A stretch of 64,000 nt of DNA, from contig CAVYUR010000006.1 in the NCBI GenBank assembly GCA_963771795.1, forward strand, positions 473,725 through 537,724, written 5' to 3'. The notes under the pieces are model-generated. The model worked only from the letters and a program-made list of their open reading frames with translations. It searched no databases and had not been told where the DNA came from. A program made the translations under genes and the position numbers. Source of the stretch: an uncultured Chloroflexia bacterium (GTDB lineage: Bacteria; Chloroflexota; Limnocylindria; Limnocylindrales; CSP1-4). Positions 19,483-31,006 of this stretch are shown here, in pieces. How positions within the stretch are numbered: the stretch's first letter is position 1; each line of letters starts with the position of its first letter.

Positions 19483-22400
19483 CCGGGCGCCTTCCGGCGG
19501 AGCGCGATCGAGGCGGACCCATCGGTCAGCTCGATCGAGCCGGTCGTCATCGGCGCGCCGTTCCCGGTCGCCCCGTCGCCAGGCGGCCCGGCCACGATCG
19601 AGTCGGCAAGTACCTCGGCTGCCATGTCTGGCAGGTGCGAAGCGACCGCGGGAGCCAGGCCGTCGACCCAGACGTCGATGCGATCGTCGAGCTCGAGACC
19701 GGCCTCCTTGCGCAGCTCCTGGATCGCCCGCTGGAGCTCGCGGGCGTCGCCTTCAGCGACCAGCTCCGGGGTCAGCTCGGTGTCGATCACCACGACAAGA
19801 CCCTCGTCGCTGGCGACCGCCGTCCCCGGCCGCGATGTCGCCTGGATCTCGACCTCGTCCGCTGCGAGCCTGATACCTGCGAGCGTCACCGAGCCGTCGG
19901 GGTGGATCTCGGCCGATCCATCCCGGGCGGCCGCCATGATTGACGGGATCGCCGCGCCGAGCTTCTTGCCGATCTTCGGCAGCAGCGGCTTGACCCGCCG
20001 CTCGACGAGCTGCGACTCGTCCCCGATCAGCTCGATCGATTTGACGTTGACCTCGTCCCGGATGAGGTCGAGCAGCGCATCGCGCTCCGGCAGGTCCCCG
20101 CCCGGCAGCGCCAGCCAGAGCCGCGCCAGCGGCTGGCGGACCTTGAGGCCGGCCGTGCCACGAAGGGTTCGGGCGAGCTCGACTGCGTGGCGGGCCGTCT
20201 CCATCGCGACCTCCAGGTCGCGCGAGCGCCGGACGCGCAGCTCATCGGCCGGCCAGCCGGTCAGGTGGACGGAGTCCGGCGCATTGGGATCGACGATGGC
20301 AACGAGATTGCCGTACATCGACTCCGCGAGGAACGGCAGGAGCGGGGCGAGCACGCGGGACAGGGCCACGAGAACCTCGTGGAGCGTCGCGAACGCCGCG
20401 TCGCGATCCGCGCCCTCCTCGCCCCGGGAGAAGCGCCTCCGCGAGAGGCGCAGGTACCAGGTCGAAAGGTCGTCGATGAACGTCGAGATCCGCCGGCTGG
20501 CGACGAGGGAGTCGTAGTCCGCGAGACGGGCGCCGGCGTCTTCGGCCAATCCCGAAACACGCGACAGGATCCAGCGGTCCATCGGCGACCGCTCGTCGGG
20601 CGGTGGCCCTCCCCGCGTCGGCGTCCACCGCGCAGGCAGCGCGTACCTGACAAAGAAGGCGTAGACGTTCCAGAGGATGAGGAGCTCACGACGGGCCTCG
20701 TCGGCCGCGTGCCAGCCGAACTTGATGTTCTCCTCCGGCCGGGACGTCGCGAAGAGCCAGCGCATGACGTCGACGCCCATCCGCTCCGCGGCCTCGTCGA
20801 AGTCGATCGCGTTGCCCCAGCTCTTGTGCATCGGCCGGCCGTCCTCGCCGTAGACGAGGGCGTAGCCGAAGATCGTCTTGAACGGCGGCTCCCGCCGGAG
20901 CACCGTCCCCATCGCCAGCATCGAGTAGAACCAGTTGCGGAACTGCCCGGGAAAGCTCTCGGTGATGAAGTGGGCCGGGTACCAATCGGCCCAGAACTCC
21001 GGGTCCTCGCGGAAGTGGACGGTCGAGAATGGCACGATGCCGGCGTCGAGCCAGGGGTTGCCGACGTCCTTGATCCGTTCGACGTGGCTGCCACAGGACC
21101 GGCAGCGGATCTTCACGGCATCGATATATGGGCGGTGGGGCGTGTGGCCGGCGAACGTTTCCCAACCTTCGGCCGCGAGCTCCTCCAGCTCGTCGCGCCC
21201 GCCGACGACCTCGACCGTCCCACATGCCTGGCAGTCGTAGATCGGCAGCGCCAGCCCCCAGTAGCGCTTCTTGCTGATCATCCAGTCGTGCATGTTCAGG
21301 AGCCAGTCGAGCTCCCGCTCGTAGCCGAAGCCGGGGATCCAGCGGATCTGGTCGACGATCTCCATGATCTGGTAGCGGAGGCTCGCCTCGACCTCGTCGG
21401 TCGTCAGCTCCGATCGCGGCTTGTCGTAGACCGGTCCCATGCTGATGAACCACTCATCGACGAGCCGGAAGACCAGCGGCGTCTGGCACCGCCAGCAGTG
21501 CGGGTAGCGGTGGAGGTACGGCTCGAGCCGGGAGAAGCGGCCCTCGTCCTTCAGGTGCTCGACGATCGGCTCGACGACGTCACGAACGTCGCGCCCGGTC
21601 AGCGAGCCGAAGCCGTCAATGAAGATGCCGCTCTCATCGATCGGGGCGATGACCGGCAGGCCGAGCTCCTTGCCGAGCGCGAAGTCCTCCGAGCCGCAGC
21701 CCGGCGCGATATGGACGATCCCGGTCCCCTCGTCCTCGCCGACTTCGTCCCAGGCGACGACCTGGTGCTCGTAGGGTCGATCTGGTGCGTCTCCCGTCCC
21801 CTTCGCGAACGCGGCCCTGACCGCCGGTAGATCGTCGAAGGGCCCCTCGTACCGCCAGCCGACGAGATCGGCACCGCGACGTTCTTCGACAACCTCGAAT
21901 GGGCCCTCGAGGGCCGTTTTGAGTGTGCCCTTCGCCAGCCAGTGCAATCCCTCGCCCTGGCGGACGAGGACATAGGCGAGGTCCAACCCAACGGCCGCGG
22001 CGACGTTCGCGGTCAGCGTCCAGGGCGTCGTGGTCCAGACCAGGAGCGCCTCCCCCGGCCGGTCGAGAAGCGGGAATCGGACGGTCAGGCCCGGGTCCTC
22101 GCGATCCGCGTAGCCCTCGTTCATTTCCATCTCGGAGAGGCCCGTACCGCAACGGGCGCACCAGGGCATGGTGTCGTGGCCCTTGTAGACGAGGCCGCGC
22201 CGGTGACATTCGGCGAGGAAGCCCCAGATCAGGTCGTTGTTCTCGTTGCTGAACGTGAAGTAGCTGCCCCCGACGTCCTTCATCCCGAGCCGCCCGACGA
22301 GCATCTCGACCGTGTCGGTCACCGGTCCGTCGGGCCCCTCGATCGTCGTGACCTGACTCGGATCGGCGGCGAGCAAGTCGCGCAGCCGGCGGAGCTCCGT

Positions 22401-22842
22401 CGGGGTCGTTCCAATCCATCCACATCCCGAGCCGGATCGACTGCTCGGTCTGTCGCGCGGCGTAGGTCAGGACACGCTGCTTGCACGCGCTGACGAACTC
22501 GGCAATCCCGAATTCCTCGATGTCGCGCTTGTTCGTGAAGCCGAGGTCGCGCTCGACGTTGACCTCGACCCATAGCCCCTGGCAGTCGAAGCCGTTCTGG
22601 TAGCGCTCGTTCTCGCCGAGCATCGCGTGGAAGCGCTGGAAGACGTCCTTGTACGTCCGGCCCCAGGCGTGGTGGACGCCCATCGGGTTGTTGGCCGTGA
22701 TCGGGCCGTCGAGGAAGCTCCAGCGCGGACCGTCCGCGTTCTGCTCGCGAAGCCGGGCGAATGTCTTGCGCTCTCGCCACTCGGCGAGGATCTCGTGCTC
22801 CTGGGCGACGAGATCGGGCATCGCGCTGACGGGTCGGAACAT
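19479..22842 (-). pseudogene. ileS: isoleucyl-tRNA synthetase, single 1-nt frameshift near 22395 (otherwise intact 965-aa C-terminal body)
   Basis: N-terminal 150 aa with class-I HIGH-region ([20 protein letters not shown]...[11 protein letters not shown]) are in frame of ORF 21634..22878. The rest is in ORF 19479..22376 and includes KMSKS (PMHKSWGNAI). Junction: gacggagctc where gacggNgagctc would restore the frame. Confidence 0.85.
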
Positions 22843-22906
22843 CGGGCCTCGGCTGAGACGGGTGGCTCGGGCCACCAAGAACGGGCGTCCGCGTATCCTA
22901 CCCGCG

Positions 22907-24715
22907 ATGCAATCTACGCAGGAGGCGCGTCCGCGCGCCCGCTCGCCGTTCGTTGCGGCTTTCCTGTCCCTGTTCTTCCCCGGCCTGGGCCATGCGTATG
23001 CCGGCGCCTACCATCGCGCCCTCGGCTTCGCGGCGCCGCCGATCCTGCTCTTCGCGCTCCTCGCCGGCGTCTTCCTCCGGGCCGACTCCAGCGAGCTTCT
23101 CGGCCTCCTGCTTGCCCCGTGGGTCCTGCCAAGCGTCTTCGTCTTCAACCTGATCGCCCTGCTCTATCGCATCGCGGCGATCGTCGACGCCTATCGGGTC
23201 ACGGTCTTCCTGAACGCGCTCGCGGTGAGTGGCGGCGGGCGGCTCGGCAGGCCGCGGATCGTCTTCAACCCGCTCTCGATCGCCGGGCTGCTCGCGGTGA
23301 TCCTCGTCATGTCCGGCGGACACGTCGTCGTGGCGCGGTACGACCTGGCCGCGCTCGACCTGCTCAGCAATGGCTGCATCTTCATCACCAGCGACGAGGA
23401 GTGCGACGAGCCGTCGCCGTCGCCGTCCGCTGGCGAGACAGACGCGCCTGCGGAGAGCGCCAGCCCGGAGCCCAGCATCACGGAACCGCCCGTCCAGGGC
23501 TCAGCGCTGCCGAACGCGACGATCCCGCCGTGGGACGGCCAAGAGCGGCTGAACATCCTCCTGATCGGGACCGACCAGCGCCCGAAGGAGGGCACGTACA
23601 ACACCGACACGCTCATCGTCGTCTCGATCGACCCGACGACGAAGCAGGTCGCGATGTTCAGCCTGCCGCGCGACACCGTCGACGTCCCGATCCCGCCCGG
23701 TCCGCTTCGACAGGCGTTCGGAAGCGTCTACACCCGCAAGATCAACGCGTTCTTCACCTCGGTCCGCAACCGGGCTGACCTGGTCGCAGGGACCGATCGA
23801 ACTCGCGGCTACAACGGCCTCAAGTCGTCCTCGGCAACCTCTACGATCTCGACATCAAGTACTTCGTCGAGGTCAACTTCGAGGGCTTCAAGCAGGTCGT
23901 CGACGCGATGGGCGGCGTGACGATCAACGTCCAGATCCCGGTGACCGACGACGACCTACCCGTCGGACGGCGGCCGGCTCGCGCGGGTCTACATCCCGAG
24001 CCGGCCTCCAGCACATGACCGGTGCCCAGGCGCTCGCTACGCCCGGTCGCGCCACACGGCAAGGGCGACTTCGACCGCGGCGCCCGTCAGCAGCGCGTGC
24101 TGCTGTCGCTCCGCGAGCAGGCCGACTCGCGCAACCTCATCCCGCGGCTCCCGGAGCTCGTCACGGCGCTCGAGCGGCGACGGTCCGGACGGACATCCCG
24201 CAGTCGACCAGCTCGCGAAGCTCGCTGGGTCTGGCCGTCGGAGGTCGACACGAAGAACATCCGCTCGTACGTCTTCACGCCGCCGCTGTACCAGACCGAG
24301 TTCGCGCCAGAGCCCGCGCGGCTACATCATCGTCCCGAACGTCAACGAGATCCGAGCGGCGGTCGCGAACGCCTTCAAGGTCGACCCGGCAGACGAGGAC
24401 CGTCGCGAGGCGTCGCCGAGGAGGCGGCCTCGCGTCTGGGTCCTCAACGGCATCGGGCGACGGCGAACGCAGGCGACCGACGTCGCGGGCTACCTCGAGT
24501 ACTACGGGCTCGCCGCCTCGGCGCCGCGCCAGAAACCGCGAGCGCGGTCCCGGCGAAGACGCGGATCGTCGTCTACAACGGGGCGGAGGCCGAGCTCACG
24601 GCGACGATCGCCTACCTCGAGACGCTGTCTCGACGTAAGGTCGACCTCGAGAACGACCCGGCGATCCGCGCCGACATCATCGTGACGATCGGCGAGATCG
24701 ACACCCGACCTGATA
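22907..24715 (+). pseudogene. LytR-CpsA-Psr (LCP) family protein, reading frame disrupted at at least 4 positions
   Basis: N-terminal TM segment plus LCP core (LNILLIGTDQRPKEGTYNTDTLIVVSIDPTTKQVAMFSLPRDTVDVPIP...INAFF) in frame of ORF 22649..23920. Continues LGNLYDLDIKYFVEVNFEGFKQVVDAMGGVTINV, then GAQALAYARSRH...DFDRGARQQRVLLSLREQ in other frames. LytR_C-like C-terminus (VWVLNGIG...IVVYNGAEAELTATIAYLE) is also shifted. Divergent from ileS with 64 bp between starts. Confidence 0.7.
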
Positions 24716-25776
24716 GCGCCCACCGCCCCGTAACCGGTCGCCGGTCGGGCCGATCCGAGCGGCGACCGTCAGGCCTGTGCGATCTCGCGTCAGCCAGTGG
24801 CTGTACTCGGGCAGCCGGCCGCGGACCGCGTCGAAGTAGCGGTCGCGGACGAGCCGGCCGATCGGGCCGACCTCGCCTGACCCGACCGGTCGGTGGTCGA
24901 CCTCGATGACCGGCGAGACCTGGACGCCCGTGCCGCACAGGAACGCCTCGTCGGCGACGTAGAGCTCGGAGCGGTCGATCGAGCGGACCTCGACCGGGAT
25001 GCCCTTCGTTCGTCGAGGAGCTCGATGATCGCCTTGCGGGTCACGCCCTCGAGCAGGTCGTCGCTGACCGGCGGGGTCAGCGCGACGCCGTCGCGGACGA
25101 CGAACAGGTTCGCGGCCGACGCCTCGTTGACGTGGCCGTCGGCGGTCAGGACGAGCGCCTCGTCGAAGCCGTTGAGCTCGGCCTCGGACTTCTGGAAGGC
25201 CATGTTGACGTAGCCGCCGACGATCTTGCCGCGGGCCGGCAGCGCCTCGTCGGCGTTCCGCCGCCAGGACGAGGTCATCACCCGGACGCCCGTCTCGGTG
25301 TCGATGTAGTTCCCGAACGGCAGCGTGATGATGTACAGCTCGTTCTCGAGGTGGTGGAGCCGGACCCCGATCGCCTTGGTCGACTTGTAGAACGACGGCC
25401 GGATGTAGGCGTCCTCGCGGAAGCCGTTCCGGCGGACCGTCTCGACGATGAGGCCGGTCAGCTCGTCGACCGACGGGACGTCCTTCATCAGCAGGATCCG
25501 GCAGGACTGGCGGATGCGCTCGACGTGCTCGCGCAGCTTCAGGCCGTAGAGCTTGCCCTGCTCGGCGTTCCAGTAGGCGCGGATGCCCTCGAACGTCGCC
25601 GTCCCGTACATGAACGCGTGGGTCATGATGCTGACCTTGGCGTCGCGCATCGGGACGCACTCGCCCTCGAAGTAGCAGATCGAGGCTCGTCGAGGCAGGG
25701 GCGATCGGCGCGCCGGCACCGCGGTCGGGCGGTCGTGCGCCGTCGCGGGCGCCTGGGACGTCTTCTGGGTCAGCAT
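24677..25776 (-). pseudogene. ilvE: branched-chain amino acid aminotransferase (class IV), frameshift near 24790-24900
   Basis: Core in ORF 24790..26094 (ICYFEGECVPMRDAKVSIMTHAFMYGTATFEGIRAYW...GYVNMAFQKSEAELNGFDEALVL...VTRKAIIELLDE). C-terminus (RSELYVADEAFLCGTGVQVSPVIEVDHRPVGSGEVGPIGRLVRDRYFDAV) in frame of ORF 24677..26884. Coordinates approximate. Confidence 0.7.
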
Positions 25777-25879
25777 GCGAACGGCGCTCCTGCGTGGATC
25801 GCGGCGCCGGAACGCCGCGATGAAGGTCGTCGGACGGTCGCCGGAGTATAACAGCGGCCCTTGGCGCACCCGGTCCCGC

Positions 25880-26958
25880 AAGGCGACGAGCGCAGCAGAG
25901 GCTCGACCGCCCATCAGCGCCGCGATCACGGCCGCGAGGTAGACGAGGTAGAAGACGCCGCCGACGAGCAGGCCGCGGCCGCGCAGGCGGCCGGCGCGGG
26001 CCATCGGGATGAAGATGACCGCCGACGACAGGAACGCGATCCCGGCCGAGGCGAACGCGATGTACGGCTGCCGTCGGTGAAGTGCCCAGCGCATCGGCGG
26101 CGAAGAGGAGCGCGACGACCGTCGGGATCGTCGACTGGAAGACCATCGCCCCGGTGATGTTGCCCATCGCCAGCGTGTCCTTGCCCTGGCGGACCCAGAT
26201 GACCGAGTTGAACTTCTCGGGCAGCTCGGTGGCGATCGGCGCGATGACGAGCGCGAGCAGCGCCTCGTCGAGCCCGAACGAGGTCGCGAGGTGCTCGACG
26301 GCGTCCACGAAGAAGACGGCCCCGACGATGATCAGGCCGAGCGCGGCGAGGACCTGGAGGTTGACGACCCGCAGGCGCGGCGCCCCATCGGGGTCCTCGG
26401 TCCGCGCCCGGATCGAAGCCGGTGGAACCGCAGCGGCGCGAGGTCCTCGACGTCGACGCTCGCGTCGGCCTCGAAGTGGCCCTTGACGTACCAGGCGTAG
26501 ATCCCGATCAGGACGACGGCGACGATCCACTTCAGCCAGACCGGCTCGAGCGGCAGGAACGCGGCGCCGATGGCGATCGCGTAGGCGATCGCGAAGTAGC
26601 GCATGTCGTGGGCGAGGACCACGGTGTCGACCGGCATCACGTCGCCGGCCGGCCGACGCTTCGCGACCAGCAGGACCGCGACGCCGGTCACGAACATCGC
26701 GAGCGTCGACGAGCATGAACGGCGCGCCGAGGATCGCCCCGACGCCGACCGCGTGCGACGCCTCCGGCCGCCGCCGAACAGGATCGCGATGATCGGGATC
26801 ATCGTCTCGGGCAGCGCGGTGCCGACGGCCGCGAGGACCGATCCGACCGCGCCCTCGGCGAGCTCGAGCTTGCGCCCGAACCATTCGATGCCGTTCGTGA
26901 ACAGCTCGGCGCCGATCAGGATGATCACGAACGCGACGACGAGGATGACGATGTCCAC
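25880..26958 (-). pseudogene. CaCA-family Na+/Ca2+ exchanger (YrbG-like), split over three frames
   Basis: Alpha-1 repeat ILIGAELFTNGIEWFGRKLELAEGAVGSVLAAVGTALPETMIPIIAIL in ORF 26332..27801. Alpha-2 repeat FGLDEALLALVIAPIATELPEKFNSVIWVRQGKDTLAMGNITGAMVFQSTIPTVVALLF in ORF 24677..26884. C-terminal TM helices in ORF 24790..26094, read through into ilvE with no in-frame stop. Coordinates approximate. Confidence 0.6.
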
Positions 26959-26963
26959 CCGGG

Positions 26964-27300
26964 TCAGCCCTCCAGGACGCGTGCGGAAGCGACGCTCAGG
27001 GCGATGACGGCAAGGATCAGCCCCGCGACGATCGCCATGCTCCGTTCGCCACGCCGAGTGAACCCGATCAGCGCAGCGATGACCCGTGCAGCCGGTGTGG
27101 CGATCACCGCGAGGAGGCCGAGCCAGAGGAACCCGGCCGGCCGCAGATTCACGAGGTCGTCGACGAGCGAGCCCCGGCTCGAGGACGGGCCGCCCGCGAG
27201 CGGTGCGATCTGCCGTCGCGAGCATGAGGACGACCCCGACGGCGAGCAGCGCAACCGAGACGTAGGTTCCGAACGTCAGCAGGCGAGCGATCGAGCGCTC
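26964..27300 (-). CDS. small membrane protein, DUF1634-like (partner of TauE/DUF81 exporters); possibly frameshifted
   Basis: Two hydrophobic helices (LWLGLLAVIATPAARVIAALIGFTRRGERSMAIVAGLILAVIALSV). Sits directly downstream of the TauE-like gene. Upstream helix appears in an adjacent frame. Weak call. Confidence 0.35.
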
Positions 27301-27335
27301 GAGGTCGGCCGGATGGCCCTGACCGGGATCAGCGG

Positions 27336-28160
27336 TCATGCAAGGGCTCGCAGGAGCATCTGCCACGAAGTGTAGAGCAGGATCGCGACGAACAAGCCGC
27401 GCAGGACGCGGACGTGGATCCGATCGGCGATCCGGGACCCGAGGCTGGCGCCGAGGAAGACGCCGATCGCCGTCGGTGCCGCGACATACGGGTCGATCCC
27501 GCCGCGGAGCAGGTAGATGATCGCGCTGGCCGACGCCGTGATCCCGATCATCAGGTTGCTGGTCGCGGTCGCGACGCGGAGCGGCACGCCCATCAGCACG
27601 TGCATGACCGGCACCTTGACGAGTCCCGCCGCCGATGCCGAGCAGCGCCGAGGTGACGCCTGCGACGACGCTCCCGACGACGCCGAACCCGAGGTGACGG
27701 ACCCGGTAGCCCGGCCCTGAGAGGGCAGCCGTCGACGAGCGATCCTCGGCGGGAGCGGCGTCCGACGCCACCGCGCCGCCCTCCGGAATGGGCACTGGCA
27801 TCGCGGCGCCGGGCCATCGTCACCGCGACGTAGACGAGGAGCGCCGCGAACAGCAGCTCGAGGATGCTTTCCGGGAGGATGAACGCGACGAGCGCGCCCG
27901 CCGAGCGCGCCGATGGCGGTGAACAGCTCCAGCACCATGCCGAGGCGCAGGTTGGCGACGTGGCGCTCGAGGTAGACGCCGGCCGAGGCACTGCTGGTCA
28001 CGATCACGCAGACCAGGCTGACGCCGACCGCGGTCCGGAGCGGCAGGCCGAAGCCCAGGGTGAGCAGCGGGACGATGAGGAGCCCGCCGCCCAGCCCGAG
28101 AAGCGACCCGAAGAGGCCGGCGGCGATCCCCCCGGCAATGAGGACGAGGCCGTCAATCAT
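27336..28160 (-). pseudogene. TauE/SafE (DUF81) sulfite-exporter family membrane protein, at least 2 frame changes
   Basis: N-terminal half (GIAAGLFGSLLGLGGGLLIVPLLTLGFGLPLRTAVGVSLVCVIV) and C-terminal half (LVKVPVMHVLMGVPLRVATATSNLMIGITASASAIIYLLRGGID...) in the 274-aa ORF are joined by a nonsense middle. The proper middle segment (ALVAFILPESILELLFAALLVYVAVT) is in ORF 27593..27991. Confidence 0.6.
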
Positions 28161-28263
28161 CCTCGGGCCAATGGCCTCGCGGAATCCTCGGGCGGACGGC
28201 GTCGCGGAGCTCCGCCTCCGACCTCGGAGAGGGTGTGCCGGCTCGACAGGGAGGGCGCCGGTT

Positions 28264-28530
28264 CTATGGTCGGAGGTGCTGGGGCGCGTACGGGAGCAGG
28301 GCGACGATGCGGGCTCGCTTCAGGGCGACCGCCAGCTCGCGCTGGTGGCCGGCGCAGGTGCCGGTCTTGCGGCGCGGCTCGATCTTCGCTCGCTCCGAGA
28401 GGTAGCGGCGGAGGCGGTTGACTTCCTTGTAGTCGATCTGGACCGTCTTGTCGGCGCAGAACGCGCAGACCTTGCGGCGTCGGCGATCCCGGTAGTAGTC
28501 GTCGCGCTTCTTCGATCGTGCAGGGGGCAT
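28264..28530 (-). CDS. rpsR: 30S ribosomal protein S18
   Basis: 88 aa: [65 protein letters not shown]. rpsF-ssb-rpsR cluster. Confidence 0.9.
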   Translation of the reverse strand: MPPARSKKRDDYYRDRRRRKVCAFCADKTVQIDYKEVNRLRRYLSERAKIEPRRKTGTCAGHQRELAVALKRARIVALLPYAPQHLRP

Positions 28531-28599
28531 GTACTCGGTCTCCTCGGGCGCCTGGCGGTTGTCGCCGCCGGCGCGTCAATGGTCGGTCGTGTCAGCTCG

Positions 28600-29076
28600 T
28601 CAGAACGGCAGGTCGTCGAGCTCGGTGTCGTCCATCCGGCCGCCGCCTCCGCGTGGGGCGCCGCCGGACGGTCCGGGGCCACTCGAGCCGCCTGAGCCGC
28701 CCGCCGGGCCTGCGGCCGCAAACTGGCCCTCGCCCTCTTCGCGGGTCCGCTTCTCGAGGTTGACGACGTTGTCGGCGGTGATCTCGAGCGATGTCCGCTT
28801 CTGGCCGTCGTGGCCCTCGAACTCGCGGGTCTTGAAGCGACCCTCGACGAAGACCCGGTTGCCCTTGCGGAGGTTCTCCGCGGCGCGCTCGGCGCGATCG
28901 CCCCAGACGCTGACGCGGAACCAGTCGGTCGCCTCGACCCACTCGCCGGTCTGCTGGTTCTTCGTGCTCTGGTTGACCGCGACGTTGAACTGGGTAACCG
29001 GCCGGCCGTTCGGCGTGTAGCGCATCTCGGGATCGCGCCGAGGTTGCCGATGATCATCGACCTTGCAGAATGCCAT
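28600..29076 (-). CDS. ssb: single-stranded DNA-binding protein (N-terminal strand altered by a compensating indel pair)
   Basis: 158 aa. OB fold (RYTPNGRPVTQFNVAVNQ...WFRVSVWGDRAERAAENLRKGNRVFVEGRFKTREFE) plus Gly-rich tail ending DDLPF. Residues 5-16 read KVDDHRQPRRDPE instead of the universal (K)V(x)MIIGNLGRDPE. The conserved peptide MIIGNLG is encoded in the +1 frame of the same nucleotides. Confidence 0.85.
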   Translation of the reverse strand: MAFCKVDDHRQPRRDPEMRYTPNGRPVTQFNVAVNQSTKNQQTGEWVEATDWFRVSVWGDRAERAAENLRKGNRVFVEGRFKTREFEGHDGQKRTSLEITADNVVNLEKRTREEGEGQFAAAGPAGGSGGSSGPGPSGGAPRGGGGRMDDTELDDLPF

Positions 29077-29085
29077 CGTCTTCCC

Positions 29086-29524
29086 TCAGTCGATTGCGGC
29101 CGGAGCCGCCTCGCTCTCGGATTCGTCGATCCGCTCGGTGTCGTCGTAGTCCTCGATCTCGTCGTCGCCGGAGGGGAGATCGGTCGTCGTCGACGATCGT
29201 CCTCGTCGTCCGGCTGGCCGGCCTTGGCGGGTCGCTCGACGCGGGTGACGAGGTGGCGGAGCACCTCCTCGGTGATCTGGAGGCTGCGCTCCATCTCGGC
29301 GATCACCTCGGGCGGCGCCTCGAAGAGGACGATGTGGTACGAGCCCTCGCGGTACCGGTCGATCTGGTAGGCGAGACGGCGGCGGCCCCATGGGGCGACC
29401 TTGACGATCTGCCCGCCTCCGGCGCTCACCTGCCGGGTCGTGCGGTCGATGACCGCCTGGGCTTTGTCGTCCGCGACATCGGGGCGCAAGATGAGCATGA
29501 GTTCGTATCGGCGCATGCGCCAGG
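29086..29524 (-). pseudogene. rpsF: 30S ribosomal protein S6, apparent frameshift before the acidic C-terminal tail
   Basis: ATG at 29524 with GGAAGGAG Shine-Dalgarno. MRRYELMLILRPDVADDKAQAVIDRTTRQVSAGGGQIVKVAPWGRRRLAYQIDRYREGSYHIVLFEAP... matches S6. The S6-type acidic tail (DDEIEDYDDTERIDESESEAAP) and stop at 29086 are in a different frame (ORF 29086..29634). Confidence 0.75.
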
Positions 29525-29735
29525 ACACTCCTTCCAATGGGATCTGCCCCGCTGACGGCAAGGCCGGCGCGGAGCCGAAAGGAAACGGCCCGGAGTCTAT
29601 CACGCACGCAACGGTCGAGCCGGCACCCGGGCACCGAGGTACGAGGCGGAGCCCTGCGACGCTATCGGCCCGGGGTTTCCAAGGTATTCTCTCCGCCAGC
29701 AAACCGCCAACCCCGGCCCAGATCGCGGAGGCTTC

Positions 29736-30182
29736 TTGCCCGCCAGCACCATCCTGCTCATCGAGGCAGACGCCGCGTCCGGCGAACTGATCAGCAGCGT
29801 CCTGACCAAGGTCGGCTACACGGTCACGACGGTCACCGATCCGGACAAAGCCATCCCGACCGTCGTCGAGCACCAGCTCACGATCCTGGACGTCGTCTCG
29901 GGCCCGAAGTCGGTCGTCGAGATCTGCCGCGAGATGCGCGCGACGCCCGCCCTGTCCAGGATCCCGATCCTGTGCGTCGGCCAGTCGGACGACGTCGAGG
30001 AGCGGATCCGCTTCCTCGAGGCGGGCGCGGACGACGTCATGGCCAAGCCGTTCGATGCCCGCGAGCTCGAGGCCCGGGTCGAGGCGCTCCTCCTCCGCTT
30101 CCAGCGATCGAAGGACATGACCGTCCTCTCGGACGATGGGCTGACGGTCACGCGACAACGGCGAACGATCTGCCGTTCATAG
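29736..30182 (+). CDS. response-regulator receiver domain (probably the N-terminal part of a REC-ParA/MinD-like fusion; see next feature)
   Basis: 148 aa. Canonical REC residues present: ILLIEAD acidic pair, phospho-acceptor D in LTILDVV, and K in VMAKPFD. TTG start. Confidence 0.7.
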   Translation: MPASTILLIEADAASGELISSVLTKVGYTVTTVTDPDKAIPTVVEHQLTILDVVSGPKSVVEICREMRATPALSRIPILCVGQSDDVEERIRFLEAGADDVMAKPFDARELEARVEALLLRFQRSKDMTVLSDDGLTVTRQRRTICRS

Positions 30183-30957
30183 CCCGCGCGGCGGAGTCGG
30201 AACGACAACGATCGCGACGAACGTGGCAATGGTGATGGCTCGTCTACGCCCGGATAGGGTGGTCCTCGTCGACCTCCACCTCCAGTTCGGCCAGGTCGCG
30301 ACCCATCTCAACCTCGACGTCAAGCAGTCGCTGGCCGACGTCGTCCGCGACGAAGCGGCGATGCGCGAGCCGGAGCTGCTGCGGACGTTCGCAACTCGCC
30401 ACGACAGCGGGCTCCACGTCCTGGCGGCTCCGACATCGCCGGAGCTTGCGGAGCTTGTCACCGCGGAGCATGTCGACCGAATCCTCACGACGCTCCTCGA
30501 GTCGTACGACTCGGTCGTCATCGACGCGGGCTCGTGGCTGGACGAACGGACGATGACCGTCTTCGAGCACAGCGAGACCGTGATCCTCGTCGTCTGCCCG
30601 GAGATCAGCGCGCTCAAGGCTCTCCACGGGCTGCTCGACTACCTCAACGAGGCAGGCTCGGTCGCGGAGAAGTCGACGTTCGTCCTGAACAACCAGTTCG
30701 CCCGCGAGGTCCTCAAGCTGCGCGACGTCGAAACGGCGCTTAGCACCAAGATCGCGGCGGAGCTGCCGTACGACCCGTTCCTCTATCTCAAGGCGGTCAA
30801 TGAAGGCGTTCCGATCGTCCTGGGTGCGCCGCGCTCCCTGCCCGCCGAGCGCTTCGAGAAGCTCGCTGCGACGGCGTTCGCCACGGAGGGTGTCCCGGTG
30901 GAAGGAATCGAGCCACCAAAGCGGACGAGCCGGTTCGGCGGCCTGATCCGACGCTGA
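30145..30957 (+). CDS. ParA/MinD-like P-loop ATPase (CpaE/TadZ-like C-terminal domain)
   Basis: Frame-1 translation from 30145 gives ...SAVHSPRGGVGTTTIATNVA..., the deviant Walker A of the MinD/ParA/CpaE clade. Followed by LHVLAAP...SVVIDAGSWLDERTMTVFEHSETVILVVCPEISALKA... Overlaps the REC ORF end (30182) in another frame, so the two are most likely one frameshifted gene. Confidence 0.7.
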   Translation, partial: RSRDNGERSAVHSPRGGVGTTTIATNVAMVMARLRPDRVVLVDLHLQFGQVATHLNLDVKQSLADVVRDEAAMREPELLRTFATRHDSGLHVLAAPTSPELAELVTAEHVDRILTTLLESYDSVVIDAGSWLDERTMTVFEHSETVILVVCPEISALKALHGLLDYLNEAGSVAEKSTFVLNNQFAREVLKLRDVETALSTKIAAELPYDPFLYLKAVNEGVPIVLGAPRSLPAERFEKLAATAFATEGVPVEGIEPPKRTSRFGGLIRR

Positions 30958-31006
30958 ACATCGTCAGAACGGCCACAACGGCCTACCGTTGGGGTAGGGT
31001 TTGCCA

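Noticed and set aside
20187-21830. 547-aa plus-strand ORF
   Set aside because: Lies entirely antisense within ileS. No conserved motifs. GC-driven open frame.
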